Below are positions 1 through 15,400 of a stretch of DNA of 64,000 nucleotides, in pieces; position 1 is the stretch's first letter, and every line of letters starts with the position of its first letter. The notes beneath the pieces were generated by a model that saw only the letters and a program-made list of their open reading frames with translations, did not search any database and was not told the DNA's origin. Made by a program: the position numbers and the translations under genes. Source of the DNA: Phoronis australis (taxonomy: Eukaryota; Animalia; Phoronida); the NCBI GenBank assembly GCA_002633005.1, contig NMRA01000007.1:1780838-1844837 (forward strand), read 5' to 3'.

Positions 1-3000
1 GTAGGGACAAATGGCATTAATCAATAGTGTTATAATGTAAAGTAGTGCTTAGCAAGCCTGAAGTGTACAACTGCAAGGCAAGTGCCCTACCAAGGTGCAG
101 CATTGCAGGTAAATACTGCAGAAACTGAGAATGAAGTGGCTATTGGTTTCTACCATTTAAACAAATTAGGGACGCCACGTGCAATGGGAGGCTTTGGAGA
201 AGCAATGGGGCTGAACACCATGAGCCAGTGACTCTTAGCACTTTGTGGCTGTACCAGGAGGTACTTCTTCGCTGCCAGTGGCATTAAGAATATTTTTACT
301 TCGTCAAATGGTCCTTTTGTATTGTATGTGATTAGACTTGGTGCATTTTAAATAAACTAATATGAAATTACCTTCTCATCATGTGGAGGCCACTGGTGTC
401 CAGCACTATGTGATCAGTTGCCACATTGCTACTTGGAAAGTATCTGGTAGAAATAATAAATGATGGATTTGACCCGACTTCCACTCAACAGAATTTCAGC
501 AATTTCAGTAACATTATATATAAAGTGACTAATAACATTCTTTTGACGGTATTTATTTGGCAGAAAATCTATGGTGAAAATTTGAAATTGACTGGCGTCA
601 TTTTATGATTCGGTGTGTTATGCTACAAAGTTTCAAAGAAGTCTTCTAAAATCCATCTTTGTTTTGTCTACCACTTCATGGCCTACACAGTTGAGCCAGA
701 ATGTTTTCATTAGTTCCTTTGCCCATAACAATTGGCTCTCCAGCTCAAGTGGAGGACTTTCTGTGTGCAAACAGTCTCTAACCTGACCTTCAATACAAGA
801 CTGTGAAATCAGCACTTGGCCACCAAGATGGCCGATTCTGTGCTAGATTTCATGGAAGGTGTAGATTTGTCTTGATGTCTTTGTGGATGCGGGTCACCGC
901 CTCTTGTTTTGCTCCATTTGACAGTTAGTCATGGCTGAGCTGCCATCTGGGTAGCTAAGAGTACTATAGAGCTTGTGGTTATTGATATGACTTGGAGGTC
1001 TGTTGAAGTTCTACCTAATGTCAGTTTTTAGTAGTTTACCCAGTTGTATTGATGATAATTGCTTTAACTTAATGTCTTGGTTAACTGATAGCAGTATTGA
1101 TTTTACAATGAGTTTTTTTAATGGCTTTGGAAGTTGTTGTTTATGAGATAATTAGGAAGTGTTCATCTGTTTCTAGAAAACTTGTTTATCAAGTACTTAG
1201 AAGTTATGTTATTGGATTTGAAGTTGTCATTTAGTACTTACGTTGCCAATGTTCCTTGATTCTAGGCGCACGCCTATTCTTATCAACAATTTGGTATGTT
1301 CTTAAGTCTTGAACAATACACAGATTTACAACTGTCCTTTTCAATATTACCTATTTCATGTCTGATTCTGCAGAGCGTGATCTACAGCACTCTTAACTAA
1401 AATAAAAGCTCACTAATTGCGGAAAAATAATGGCCAAAAATTGACCTCTCGTCATTCTTCTTAGGCTTCAAACATTTTCTGGTATCAGCTGTGGTATCGA
1501 ACTTAAACTTGAGAAAGCATTTATTTGATACTACTTATGTAAAAAGTGGAGAAATAAAACTTGACTTGTCCATCATATTTTGTCATAAATTTGTGAGATT
1601 TTATGGTAGATTCTGTAAATGTTTCTTGGGTGGACCTGTCTGGCTTCTGCTGCAGCCGCGCAGTGCATCTTTCATTGAATCATGTTACTTGTACTGTTGT
1701 ACATCTATGTTACTTGTCCATGTATCTGTATCTGCTACTGGTTAACATCCAGCCAAGTTGTTGCACCATGTTGAGCCATGGTTATGTACACACACATTCT
1801 TTCATTAGGTAATTACCATAGATTTACCCATTAGATTCTCATTAAGCACACATGTAACTGGACTTTGGGCTCTTGTACTGTGGGCCAACCATAGCATCCT
1901 CCCAGGAGTTTTAGTTTTTAGGTGGCTCATCAGTTATTGTTATTGACTGTTCATTGGTTGTTGGTAAATTTTCTTTATATTCGAGCAGAATTGATTTCCG
2001 TAATTGTCATTGTTCATTTTCTCAAGTTCACTGGATAACTCAAAACGTTCCACCCTGCCTTGGTGAGGTTTTGCACTTGGCCATGTTATTTAGAGTATCG
2101 ATTTTAACCTTTTCGAGGAACATTGTTTTGACTGAATCGTTTTAAGAACGTGGGTTTTCCATAGGTTTGGATAATCATTTACCTTGTGAAGGCTATTACT
2201 TTACTGTTTATTAATTTTTTTAATGTAAAGTTATTTAAAACTCATGTCATGTTGGTTTGCGGATAAGCTTGGCATGGAAGTATAATGGTTGAATTAAGGA
2301 TAGTGTTCAAATTAATGACTTGCTACCTTAGCACAGTTTCAACTTGGAGACCTTGGTATTTAAACTTACTATACAACGCTAGTGTCAGTCGTCAGTCGGT
2401 CGTGATTCTAGTCGGTCATAAGTTGACAGTCAGTACATCCAAGCAGTTTTCCATGCACCTGTGTTTGCAGTGGACACCATGTCCCAAAAAGACCAGAACA
2501 ACTGGGTTTGCTTCCCAACTGATGCAGAGTCAGATGTACAGCCTTTCTATTGGAGCTGGGACGAAGGAACAATCAATGGTATCATATTTGAACTTTTGCT
2601 GCTATTAAGATAGCTCATTGCCTAGTTCCAGTCAAGTTGATCGTCTCTCAAATTGTGATTTTGAAATGTCTGCGTGCAAACAGGTGGATTTTACAGTAGT
2701 ATTTCAATACAGGTGAAGCAAATGTTTGTTCTGCATACATTCTGTCTTTGCACAACCTCAACTTTGGCTCTGTGTTGGCATTGATGTTTGTACTGAGGCC
2801 TGTCACCTAATCAGGCAACACTGTTCACCCCAGAAGAAAATAGAGACTAGACCACTATAAAGCTGAAAGCTATTTAGAGTTAATTAAAACTCTAGTTTTC
2901 GCTGGTTACTTGTGTGTATTCTGGTTAGGGACGCCATTTTCTCAGTTCATAGTATATTGCTGGTCTGGCCCGCCATCATGCTTTCTGTTTGCATGGTAAT

Positions 3001-5811
3001 TTGCCTGGGTTTTCCCGTTTGTTTTGGCCCTGCATTGAAATGGTGTCAGTTATTCTTGGTTGTGATCCAGTGTGGTATTTCGGTATCATCTGATGAGACA
3101 ATAGCCTGTACTATAATCTACCGACTGACCTGCTTTTGGAAAGGCTGTGTTCCAATGACGTATATTGCACGTCTGCCCCTCTCCCGTCTAATGGTGATCA
3201 CATGACAGGGCTTCGACACAGGCGAGTAAATCCTCGAATATACAAGTCGAAAAAGTAGAAAATACGAATAGAAAATTGACATCTGGCATTTTTCTTTTGG
3301 ACACCACATTTTATGAGCGACACTTTTGTTTTCAAGCGGATAATTTAGCCTGTGTAGAGCACTGCACATTATTAGTTGTGTCACCTTTAACAGAGGTGTG
3401 GCGAATTCGTTAACGTTTGGTATGAATACCTCTTCATTATAAGCCATTTGATTTCCAGGCTCATTCAAGTGTCCTGACTGATAGAAATCGTTAATAAATG
3501 CTGTGTTACTGTCATGAACAGGAAGTTTGTGGCTTTCAATTAGCGAGGGCAGTAGTTCTGGTCCAAGTTTCACTGTTGTGCTGTCTATTTTAATATGAAG
3601 TCTAAACAGTTGTGTTGTCAGGTTGTGTCTGGTATAATGTCCCTCAAGTAGTGTATGCATGACTTGGCATTATGCCATGTTTTATGGCAAAAAATGAATC
3701 ATGTTACGATGTATGAAGTGTTACCCAAACAAAATTCTTAGACTTCGTCTGAACTTCCAACTGCCAAAAGATATTGTGGTAGACTGACAGCAGTCTTTGA
3801 GGGGTGGAGGCACTTGTTGCTTAGCAACCTCAGTGGCTGTGAAATTACTGGATGTTGCTTAGATTGAGCCCAGTCTGGAAGTGGCTGTAAATCCCCAGAG
3901 AAGCAGCACACAGCGTCTTGGGAGCTGGGCCAGACGTGACTGTTGATGCTCTTTGATCTAGGCTAATGTGAGGCAGCTTTTAGTGGTATTTAAGAGGTGT
4001 TCCCAGTACATTATGCAAAAGAATCTTAGTTGTTACTTTGATCGTTTTAACAGCTTTCCAAGGTGAAACATGAATGATGGATATGTCTTGCTGAATGTTT
4101 ATGTGATGTGTATTGATCAAACAAAAGTCACCTGTCATCCAGTTATGTCTTTTTCTCCTGTTATGAATTTCATTGCAGTCATCTTATTAGATTTGTTAAA
4201 CCTTGAACTTTTATGCTAGCTGGACAGTATGCATTAGCACTTGAGTTACCAAAAACAGTGCATCCTAGTCCCTACAGAGAACAAGTTTTTAGCGCATGGT
4301 TAAACCATTTCAAAGTTCACCTGATCAGTGTATGATTGATTGATAATTGCATGCCCAGTTAAATCTTTTGTAATTAATGCTATCCTGTTGAGCAGTTAGT
4401 TGTCCAATCACTGTGCCAGGTTCCTATTGATTAAAGTAGGAAGGTCTATGTATTACCTATCTGTGTTGTATCTAGCCAGAAACAAACCTACCCGCACTAC
4501 AAGCATCGACAGCAGAGACCTGCTGATAAAAAGATGTAACGATAACCTAAGGCTATATAAGATCTAAAAAGTTTGTTCAAGCGACTACAAATTCACAAGT
4601 TTTTAAATCTACTGAGCTGAAGTACTGCACCTCACCACTAACATCACTCATAGTATAGGCATATCAGTGGACAGGTATGAATCAGATTTTATCAGTATTG
4701 AGTTGACCTATTTCGAACAAAGTTTTGCCTTGTGAAGATAAGATTGTTTTGGAAGGCGTGGTTGAAATTTGCATGTTGTCAGACGCTGCTGCAGACGCTG
4801 GTTTCCGTATCCTCACCTTTTTATCAAGTGAATTAACCATAGAAACTTGCCTTGTTTTTATCGATCTTTATTAATCATGTTCTCCAACCCTGATCTGCTT
4901 TTTTAATCCTCATCCGATTACGGTATTTGGTTTATTTTTAACGAGGTAAATCTTGTCGGGTTACCACGGAAAATATCGTGCAATGTAATTTGAGCACTTC
5001 TGTCGTGAAGCAGGTGCCTTCGATTAGAAAAAATAAATTAAAATGCTGTGTAGTCCTCAGAATTTGTTTTGAGTGTAAAGGATTGTCGGCATCAGTCATA
5101 TAGCCTTGCTGGTTTTGAGGCTCATCTTTAGTACCCAAAACAGTTAAAAGCAGTTTTTTTGTAGTCTTTGAAGAACAATTCTTTATTGGCCTTAAGGAAA
5201 GTTTCTTGTGTGACTGAAATTTTTTATCATTTTGTCACAACGGATTTGTACTCTGTAAAGATGTGAACATCTAGTGCTACCTGTTTTTTAGTGTGATGGG
5301 CCATCCCACTCTAATTTTGAGCCCCTAAGATCAAATATGACCACCATGTTCAAATGTTTAACCCCCATGCTCAATTTCTGATTGATTGTCGTATCAATTG
5401 AGCTTTTTAAGTGGTCTTGACCTATAAAATGTGTAGTCTCATTGTCACACTTTTCAGCTTAGTATTCACTGCAGTCAGAATATTAACAATTTTATTGAAA
5501 GTACAAGCTAAATTAGAATTCACAAAATCTTTAACCAAGAACGCTTAGCGAGGAGGGGGAGTCTGCCTTTCGGGACTTGATTGAACACTGTGCTTTAATC
5601 TTGGTGAGAACACCTACATTCATATTGTTTTACTACATGATGAAAGTTTGTCGATTTCAGACAATAACAATTGCAAAAATTGCACATTTTTCATTTTTAA
5701 GTGGTTCTATTTCTAGTGCATTGTTGTTAATGCTCACATTTTTCAAATGTTGTCTGATGCAATGATTACTCCGCTGTAGAGAATTTCAACTCGGCAGGAA
5801 TTGCAAATTTC

Positions 5812-6139
5812 ACACCCCCAGAATCTAAGGCCATGATGGCCCTACAGTCTCGGTAATTTCATTTTGGCATGGGTCAAGTGTTTGTTTTTTATTGTACTAT
5901 TTATTAGATATTTCACGCAGTTTTTTTTGTCAAACAACATTTTTAACCTTAGACATTATTTAACATTTTGATAATGACTGATTGGCAAAAACAAAAAATA
6001 ACTGACCTTATATATGAACTAAGGGTATTGGCTTATATGTGACTATAAGGCCATTGTCTTCTATTCTGAGTCATTTGCATTTTCAAGGGTTTTCAAAAAG
6101 TATTTGGCCTATAGGGCCATGGCCTTATGTTTTGGGTAC
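5812..6139. repeat. Degenerate inverted-repeat element
   Basis: CCCAGAATCTAAGGCCATGATGGCCCTACAG versus CTATAGGGCCATGGCCTTATGTTTTGGG. Confidence 0.5.
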
Positions 6140-6455
6140 AATACATGTTTGAAAGTTCATGTCCATACTATGGAGGGTTCACATATAGGCTACAGTCCTT
6201 AAGCCTGGACTAATTTTACATTAGCCATGTTCACAGTTTTTTCCTAGGAACACACATTTGCACATTCTATCCAAAAGTGTGAGCTGTTTATGTTACCCTG
6301 TTTACATTCACATATCAGCCTGTGTGGAGCCGCAATGTGTTTTTCTTACTCTCTATTTTTCTTGCCCTGATTACTACTTGTTACTTGTTTTAAATTGTTC
6401 GCCCATGAGTCATACAATTCCAAGCAACTCTTATTCAGTTTTCACTTTTTTGTAG

Positions 6456-9400
6456 TTCCCAACATTAACAGTGTACAGAGTGCCTATGTGATAGCCGTGG
6501 AAGATCAGGCAAGGCAGAGACTCGAGAAACTAGCGGCACTAAACCGGGTCCAGCCGGTGGACATGACAAAAATCTCTGGCCTGAATGAGCTGGATGAAAC
6601 CACAGACATCGTTAACAACCCGATCTATGTGACCACGAATTTTAACAACAGTGGTGCCGAGTCGTTACCGTCCAATGGTCAGTCTGACATCGAGGACGTC
6701 AACCGTGCTAATTCTGTGAACTCAGTCACACATAGTGCAATGAATGGACATAGTGAGACTGCTGTTGTTAATGGCTACATGACTGAGAATGGTGATGACT
6801 ATGTCATCAGTCCCAACAAGCCGCATCGTGAAATGGCTATCGATGTGCCAGAGACTTTCATTGCGTCCAAGAAGGAGCGTCCTAGCTACCCACCGCCCCA
6901 GCCGTCTCACCCCGCCCCAACCCCACCACAGAAGAATTCGCCAGCTGTGCCAAGGAAAACCACTCACGAGGATATGGGTAGTAATGGCTCGCTGTCACGT
7001 GACAAACAGGACCAGTTGGAGCGAATCCGTAAACACCAGGAGGAGTTGAAAAAGAGGCGAGAGGAAGAGAACAAGTTCATTCGTGAGCAGGAGTTTCTGC
7101 GCAATTCGATACGTGAGTCAAAGAAACTCGCCAACTTAGAACAGAACAGGAAACCACCGCCACTAGAGGGCGTGGTCAACCCTGTGTTTGATGAGGACGA
7201 GAATGGTGCAACGACGCCAGACATACATGAGGCATCCACATTGCCAGCCAGGGGGCGGCGAGACATCCCCGACGTGGGAGCAGTCAGACGGGAACCCGTC
7301 CCCCACGAGAGGCAACTCAAAACTACACCAGGTGAGTTACTTACGGTATGTAACAGAAATTTTAGCTGTAGGTTTTCCCTTATGTGTAAGAAGGCATACT
7401 ATGTACACCTTTTGGATAAACGGTATGTGCCTTTTTGTGCATGTAAAGTTGTGTCTATGTCAAACTTCAGGTGCATGGGATTGTCTGCAAAGCACAAGAA
7501 AAACCTAAGAGTTAGATGTTAAGTAAGAACATATAAGTGAACCTTCAATTTTAAATTAACGTGTAACTGAGAACTGAGTGGATAAAAAGAAAAGTAAGAC
7601 TCCTAGGTGAAATTACACGTATAGAGGAGATGAGAGAAACTCATGTGTTAGTGCCGTGAATACATTATTTCAGTATACATTGGCGCATGAGACTCAACGA
7701 GTGTTGGTACTATACAAACTGCCAGTGTAATCGGAACTATTAAAGTTCATCGCTTAACAAACCTAGCACTCTTTGACTTTTAGCCATGTAGCCACAAGGG
7801 AATAATAGTCTTTGACTTCCTCATATTGGAAAGTAGTTTATTTGCCTATTTCATATCATAATTTTTGCGTTCATTTCAAGTGCTGTTTTGTGCCAGATTT
7901 GGTAAGCACTTACTAGCCATTTGATCCTGACTTTTTCCAAGTAGATACACACCAGATTGGGGCAATCCCTTGAGCAGTGTGCAAATATTTGAACTATTTC
8001 ATGCAACAGTACTTAGGGGTGTAACTGTATAATATTGTTTATACTGTTGTTCAAAGGCACATTTCTGTTCAGAGTAATCAGCTCTATATTCCAGTGCAGA
8101 AGAGTCACTACACCGTTTTTCTGTTGGAAGTGGCTAAAAACCCGCTTTCCACTACATTTTTTATTTGGGCCACTGTTGTGAGATTCGTTTCAAATTGTTT
8201 CGATTTCTGTGCTTGGAGAGAATCAGCAGTTTGTTATTGCTCGAGTCGACGCTAAGGAATGACATGCCGTGACAAGTCATTGTAGAGCCTTGTGTCGAGC
8301 AGTAACATAATGTTGGTTTTTCGCAAGACCAGAAATTTCTTTTTTTTAATGTTTATTTACGAAATATACAAACATAATTAGTGTTAAGCCCAAAAGGCAC
8401 TGGAAAGCATGTCAAACTCTTCTCATTTGAGTAAGGAGCCAATTAAGACAAATTTTATAGCAGTTAAGGGTCTAAGTCAATATTTAGTTTCTTCAGTAGA
8501 ACCCAGGTTTATTGCTGCTTTAAATGAAGTCAACGATTATCAGTTTCTTGTAGAAGCACAAGTGCTAATGGTTGGCATTAGCACTTGCTGATTTCTTGAG
8601 AACTGAAGGCTTGTTGCAGAGGCAGACCTCTGATGCACTCAGCCAGCTGTCGGAGGTTCCTGAAAGTCGAGCACATAGTTTGTCGCAGGTTGTGGGACCT
8701 GCAAAAAAGGAAAGTCATGAGTGAAATATCTGTTTATTACTTGGCAAAAATTTTTTGGTATAATATATTGATTCTCGTTTGTTATAACTAGGACGTGTTG
8801 GGCACTTTTCAGCCACTTTCAAACCATAACTGTTTTTCTAAGAACACTTCTGTTTTGGGCACAATATGACAATTTTTTTTTCATTTTTTGTTATCTTTCT
8901 CCATCAGTGCAAGTATTGGAAAGCTTTACTTTGTTGTCACCTTGGCTTGTACAGTTCAGCTGTCATTAAGCAAGTTACATCAGTGTTCGTTCTACATTTC
9001 CGAACACAGGGTTCCAGTGGACCCACCTTCCAAAAATGTTGGGGTCCATTTCAGTGTCGTGGGGTCCATGAAAACACTCCTGAAATGGTTACAGTTGCAG
9101 AGAAAGACGCACAAAGTATAATTTGGAAATACGAGGCAAACCTAGTGATTCTTTATCAGTGGAAAATGTAGGCAGGCAACAAAAAATTGAACCTGGCAAT
9201 TTCTGTTTCCTTAGTTTTCATTCTCGTAACTTATTGAAATTGCATTAAAATTGCATCCGAGGTGCTGCATCTGGGTACTCAACATGTGTTTTTATTAGCT
9301 TGCATCAAATGATGCAAAACGCATCCTTGGGCAAACAATGATTAAGTCTTTGAATTATGGCAACTTAACAATTATTTATGTCCTAAATTAAGAAGTTTTT

Positions 9401-12400
9401 GATGTACGTTAAAATTAGGTCGTCTAATTGGAATACGTTACGCACTTGAAAACACAAATTAACTACCATTGTATTAGGACTGGTTGCCATCAAACTATCC
9501 ATAATGTGCTTCAAAAATTGCCCTTAAAGACATTGATGTTGCATTCATTGATATAACATTTTTGCCTTAGCTGTGTTTACAAGCTGCTTCTCTGCAGTGA
9601 CCTTTTCCATCTATCAAACTAGAAGGAGTCAGTTGAAACTTGATAGTTGGAAAGAAATGTTCTGTGTGGACTTCTAAAGAACACACTGTTTAGCTAGGCT
9701 TACTTGAGGAAATAACTGGAGAGGTAAGGCGTTAGAGGATGTTCAAGGACTCGTGGTAAAGTGACAAAATGAACTCATATTGTCAACACTCAAATCAAGT
9801 CTTAGAATCTGTCAGAAACAATCTTATGTCTCTTTGTATTTTGCTAATAGTAAATGTTTAACTGACAATTACTGTTGCAACTAGAGGTACTATTACCAGT
9901 AGTCTATAAATGGTCTGTATGTTTTATTTTTAACTAGTATAGGGATCTTCATAGGAAGTGGAGTTAAGACAAGTTCTGGAGGGTTTTTCGCGTACATCAC
10001 AATGTCGTTTCTTTTTACTTTCACTTTGGTTACTTTCCACTTTGGAGTTTGTAAGCTCGTCGTACTGGAAGTTGGGGCGTTCCTGCGAGTGCGTGCAGCG
10101 AGTATTGTACGACATAAGAAAAAATGGGAGGTGGTTCAAAAAGATAAAAAATGAATCCAACACTTGACTGACGTAGACTTGTGAACCTCGTTACAGTGGA
10201 TGTATAACCAAATCCTTAAAAAAAGGTATTCAAAACTGTTAAGTGACTATGTTTAGTAATTAGTATTCACTGAGGGCATTGTGTGTGTGAATGGGAGGAG
10301 TAATTCTCCACCTCCCAGTTGAAGAGCTACATGAGCATGTAAACAGGATGTCCTCAAAATTATGGGATGGATTCTAATAATAAAAGGTGTTCGTTTAAAC
10401 ACTTCTTGCTGTCGAGGTTGCCGAAGTGTTTAAGATTTTAATCACATATGACGGTTGAAAATTACATTCTTTTTGAATGGATGTTTGCCACATGAACACT
10501 CATTTGTTCTACTTACCATCACAGTACCATAACATGTACTGAGGCAGGCCAGGATGTATTGTGTTTATAATGTTTCAGTAGGTTGACATGCTTGTTAATT
10601 TTTTCATTCCTGAATTAACCCTGGTTGTTCTTAGGCAAATTTTGGTATAGAATGGTGGTGCAACTTCTCACATAGTTCAAATTTTAAAAAATTTAGCAGT
10701 ACCATGGAAATGAATCCACAATCTCTACAGTGGCAGCCAAAGGCTCTACCGCTGGCTGCTGGGCATTAAACAGTAGGTAGGATATAATATGCCCACATTT
10801 TGGGAACCAGTTTGGTTACTGCTATTCAGTGGAGAAAACTGGTTCTTAAGTGTGGGCTCATTATATCTGACTGTTACTTTGTTGCTGAGCCAAATCCCAC
10901 ACATTCAATAGTAAAACATGTATATTTTAGTGGCAATGCCACCCGCCTTGAGTTAACTAAATGTCTGGCAGACAACTGCGAGAATTGACGATTTGTAATA
11001 AAATCACAAAATACAATGGATTTTGTTGTTTTATAGCTCTGGGCAAAGTTGATAATTGCAAGAAGTCCAATCTGTTAAACAATAACTGCAAAATTGCATT
11101 TTATAATGCAAAAAACGATTATGTCGCTTAAACCACGAACATTTTCCCCGAAACCAGCCTAATTATAGACTAAACTTTTCGTAATCGTTATTTTTGCTGA
11201 GAATTTTGACAACATAAAGTTCAGTTGTTGGTCATACTGTGGGCTTAAGTGAGACAAGAATTACTCAAGGTGTCCAATATATGACAACCATAGTCTGTTG
11301 ACTGGTTTTACAATAGGCCACTGCTGGAAGTAAGTTCACAGATGGTTTTCTTGTTGAGTGCAGTTCCCCAGTCCAGACATTCCAGTCCAGTACTTGATGT
11401 TTGTGGCCGCCACATAAGTGTTGGCCACATCTGGAGATAATGTAAGAGGGTGGTTTTCACTGTTTTCCATTGTATATTGGCCAGTTGAGGTTGACCTAGC
11501 ATTTGTACACTGCTATCTGTGGACAATAAGCCCTAGGTTTGACTAGCTTTCCCACTTGGTCTGGGTACATTTTAGTGGGGAGTTTTGTGGTGTAGTGTCG
11601 TTCTCTAACTGTCCTGTTGAGACGGAGCTCTCGGGTTGATCTAGTGGGCCTGTAGGTATAACCTCGGTCATGTAAAGACATGACACCGTTTGTATGTTTG
11701 ACATGATCAGAATAAGTTGCTTTTTTAACTGGAATTGTTACTACTTGCCATTTTCATTACGTTATGTGCCAAGTTGAAATTTAGCCGTTTTGTTTGTTTT
11801 TTAAGAAATTGAATGTGACGCCAGCTGTGCACTACAGCCCTTGACCTGTGCTGAAATCAAACACCGAAAGTCTTGCAGAAAATCGAGCTTGCCCTAGACA
11901 GACTCTTGTTGTTTGTCTTCATCTTTAACTCAGAATTCTTCCTTGTGGCTTTTGATAGTGTTGTGGCCTCACATGCCACGTTTTCAGTTTCCAAATCAAC
12001 TGAGTTGATCTGACATGGAGATCCTCTATGTGACCATATTTGACAGAGATGTTCTACTGAAAATAAGTGTTGCCACCATTTTACACAAAATTTGGTCATG
12101 TTCTTGATACTGTTATTGTGCTTTCTGTTTGGCTAAATGTTAATTAAAAGACATGGCCTCTTGACCAAATTAATGTCAGACTGGCAAAAAGTAAATCAAA
12201 TTTTGCAAGCTTTTCTCATTCATAAAATATATACTAATAGGTTAAATTCTATAGTTTTTGTGGTTATTTGGCCAAATGCACCGACTTGTCAATAAGGTCT
12301 TGCATAACCTGATGTGTCTTCATGGAACAGGTCCCTGAGCAGTTTGTATTTGTTTACCTGCAGGTGAAGACCGTGTTCTTGCCTCCATACAGCAAATACA

Positions 12401-15400
12401 GAGAAAGCTGAAGTCAGCCGATAATCAAAAGGATGTTACTGCTCTGACAAGACTCCTTCAGAACCATCGGTTCCTCGCCGCCCTCGCTATATACCAGAAG
12501 GTACAAGCGTGTACCAACCGTTCACCACCCATCACAGCACTGTGCAATAACTCCCAGTTTGTTTCGTTTGACGTCGTCACGGGGCTCAAGTCACAACAAG
12601 GGGTCAACCCGAAGGTCAATGAACTGGTCCAGATTCTGAAGCAGCCAGAGTTTCAGGTGTGTTGGTTTGTTGGAACTGAATAGAACATGCATTTTTGTGT
12701 AAGAAATTAAACGTCTCCGTGGAACTCTCCTTTAGAGGTAAAAAAGATCACCATTTATTCAAGCACTAGTTTCTATTTTTACGAAATCTTATGCTTTGAT
12801 GTTTGGATCCTTTTTTCTTGTCTCTATAAAATTGATCAAAGGGAGATTTCTATCACACTGACTATGTTAAAAGCATGTGTTGCAAAAATTTGTTGTTCAT
12901 AACGTTACTTGTACGAATTCATCACAAAAATTGTTATTGGTTTTTGAAAATGGACAATATACGACAATGATTTTTGCACTTGAAAACATCGAACTACTGA
13001 AATACAGAACGTTGTTTTGTGGTATTCTGTTGTTGTTTTATTGGAGAGACACAGTATTTAGTGCAATTCTTTATATAGTTATCACACAACTGTCTGACAA
13101 GTGGAATTCTATTTTTTTAAATTTCTCCACAAAAGTAGAGACCAAAAAACTTGTAGTCTATTACTAGCATGCTTTGTTCTGTGTAGATTCATAAACATTT
13201 AACGCATTTTCCTTTATTTGCATTAAAATAATAAGCCTTTGAAAAATGGAAAAATGACAATCTTGGCAATTATGTTTGTGTGAAACAAGTGGAGAATTAC
13301 CGTACATTTTGAATTTTCAAGTGGTCCTCAGTTTTGTTTTTCATTGATTGAGTACTTAAAATTCACACTGTTGTAAAATGTAATCAGCTCATTCACGTGA
13401 ATGGATCTGTCATTGGCATGTTACCTTTCTCAGTGACGTCTTACCTCTCTCATTGACATCTTACATCTTTCAGTGGCATCTGTTCTATCCTTATGCTTCA
13501 GTTTTACTCAGGAGTTTGCGTTTGTGTTTATAGAGTTTGTTAAAGGCACACGACAAACTAGCCCAGGGTGAGCCCCCTCCCCCGCCACCCAACCCGGACG
13601 ACGAGATGTTATACAACAGGGCGTCACAGTATGACGAAGACAGTGTGAAGATTGTCAGACTACTCAAGACCGCCGACGCTCTTGTACGTACATTATCAAT
13701 GATGTTTATAGCATTCCTTTGTTGTTTTAATTTGAGTTTCTTTGCGAGTCCGGTTATTTTAAAATTTTTAACATAATGCTGTCAGTGTCGGCCTAACTTC
13801 GAAATCTTGCTCAAGTCATGAATTTGCTTCAAGTTGAACCATGCGGATGTTGGAATTTTTCTGAGAACTGAGTGCAAGTCTACTGGCGGAGGCTGCTCAA
13901 GCCTAAAATGATTGGGCATTTAGTATTTATTGAGTTAGTGACTAGTTTTGCTGTTCGGATTTGGCAGTTTTGATCTTTACCCAACCATTGTAATGGCGCT
14001 TTAAGACTATTACGTTGTATCTGTAGGGTGCTACAGTGAGAAATGAGGGCGATGCAGTGATTATAGGCAGGATTGTCAAGGGTGGAGCTGCAGAGAAAAG
14101 TGGTGAGTGACAGCATGCTGCTGAACAGTATAGGGCAGTGGGCCGTATTGTGGTCTGTCTCTTTGTCAGGTCTGAGCTCAAATCGTGCGTTGGCTGGCAG
14201 ATCACAACGGCACTTGATAAATGCAATCGGGGCAAAACACCATTTCTCCATCGTGACGACTAATTGTGCTTACAGCAAAAATGTCTGTTAATGACCATAC
14301 TAGATTTACTGTTAATTCTCTTCATTCCCGGTCATGATTGTAGGCTACGCTGAGAATGAATTCGGCTTCCGCCCTGCCGACATGACAGGCAATTCCCGAT
14401 TGTTTTGTCTGAACACTTTTTGGGTGTACTATATGAGCATATGAACCATTACACTAGTTACCTCCCTGTGTTGAGTCTGAAATGGGACAAAAGGGCGTGA
14501 ATGTTGTGAGAATGTGTTGAGGGTCGTGGAACAGAGTCAATGTGGTGCCAACGTGTTGAGGATGCATCACTGAAAGCACTGCTAGACACTAATGAGAGTA
14601 TTCCTTGCAAAAATACTTTAAAAATAATTTACGGCCTCTTGTTACATTTCAGTTTACAATAAAGGTTATTGAGCTTAGGATGTGGTCTCAACAAAAGTAT
14701 TCATGAAGAATTTAATGTTTTAATGTAGTCTTTCACTATGGCGGATTTAGGGGGGGGGGACAATGTGGTCATGCCCCCACCCCCCTAAAATTCTCCCAGA
14801 TTCCATTTGGCTGTTCGGGGGGTGCGAATGTCTGGCGGGCAAAATCCTGGCTATTACCCTGCCTTGGCCGCCCCTCTCCCCAACTCAAAATCCTGGATCC
14901 GCCCCTGGTTTACAATTGTCAGCGTTGATTATGTACACCAAACAAGTACTAAGCTGTTGAAGGATGAGAAATGATCATTGTTGCCATGTATCCTATTTAG
15001 GAGTTTGTCTGTTAGTTTATCATTTCCCTACTGTATTTTATCAGTGCACTGTTGCACGATACTATAAAAATGAGGCCATGTGAAAAAGACCCACTTGGTG
15101 ACATTCTGTGACAAAACGTGCTTGCCTGAAATTCTGTGACAAAATGTGTTAGTATTTTGTTAGGTTTAATGTTGTTATATGCTGCATCAAGTGCTAGTTC
15201 CTTTCGTCACAAATTGTAAAATTATGTAATTCATCGCTATCGCTGACAAATATTATGTCTTGCATGTGTGACAAATGTAAAGTTGATGTGACTGAGACAT
15301 GAAAAAAGCTCCAAAAGAGCAACAGGAGTTACTGGTGACATTTCGAAATTATTGAGATGTGACAAATTACGGCTTGCCATTAAACATGAATACATTCTCT

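Noticed and set aside
3090-3145. CTGATGAG hammerhead-like core
   Set aside because: No convincing stem II, GAAA and closing stems could be built.
3118-3660. 180-aa minus-strand ORF upstream of MPP5
   Set aside because: No recognisable motif or supporting exon chain; consistent with a chance ORF in intronic sequence.
4760-4950. Possible alternative MPP5 first exon (ATTTGCAT, GC-richer patch, GAG|GTAAAT)
   Set aside because: Signals too weak to call from sequence alone.
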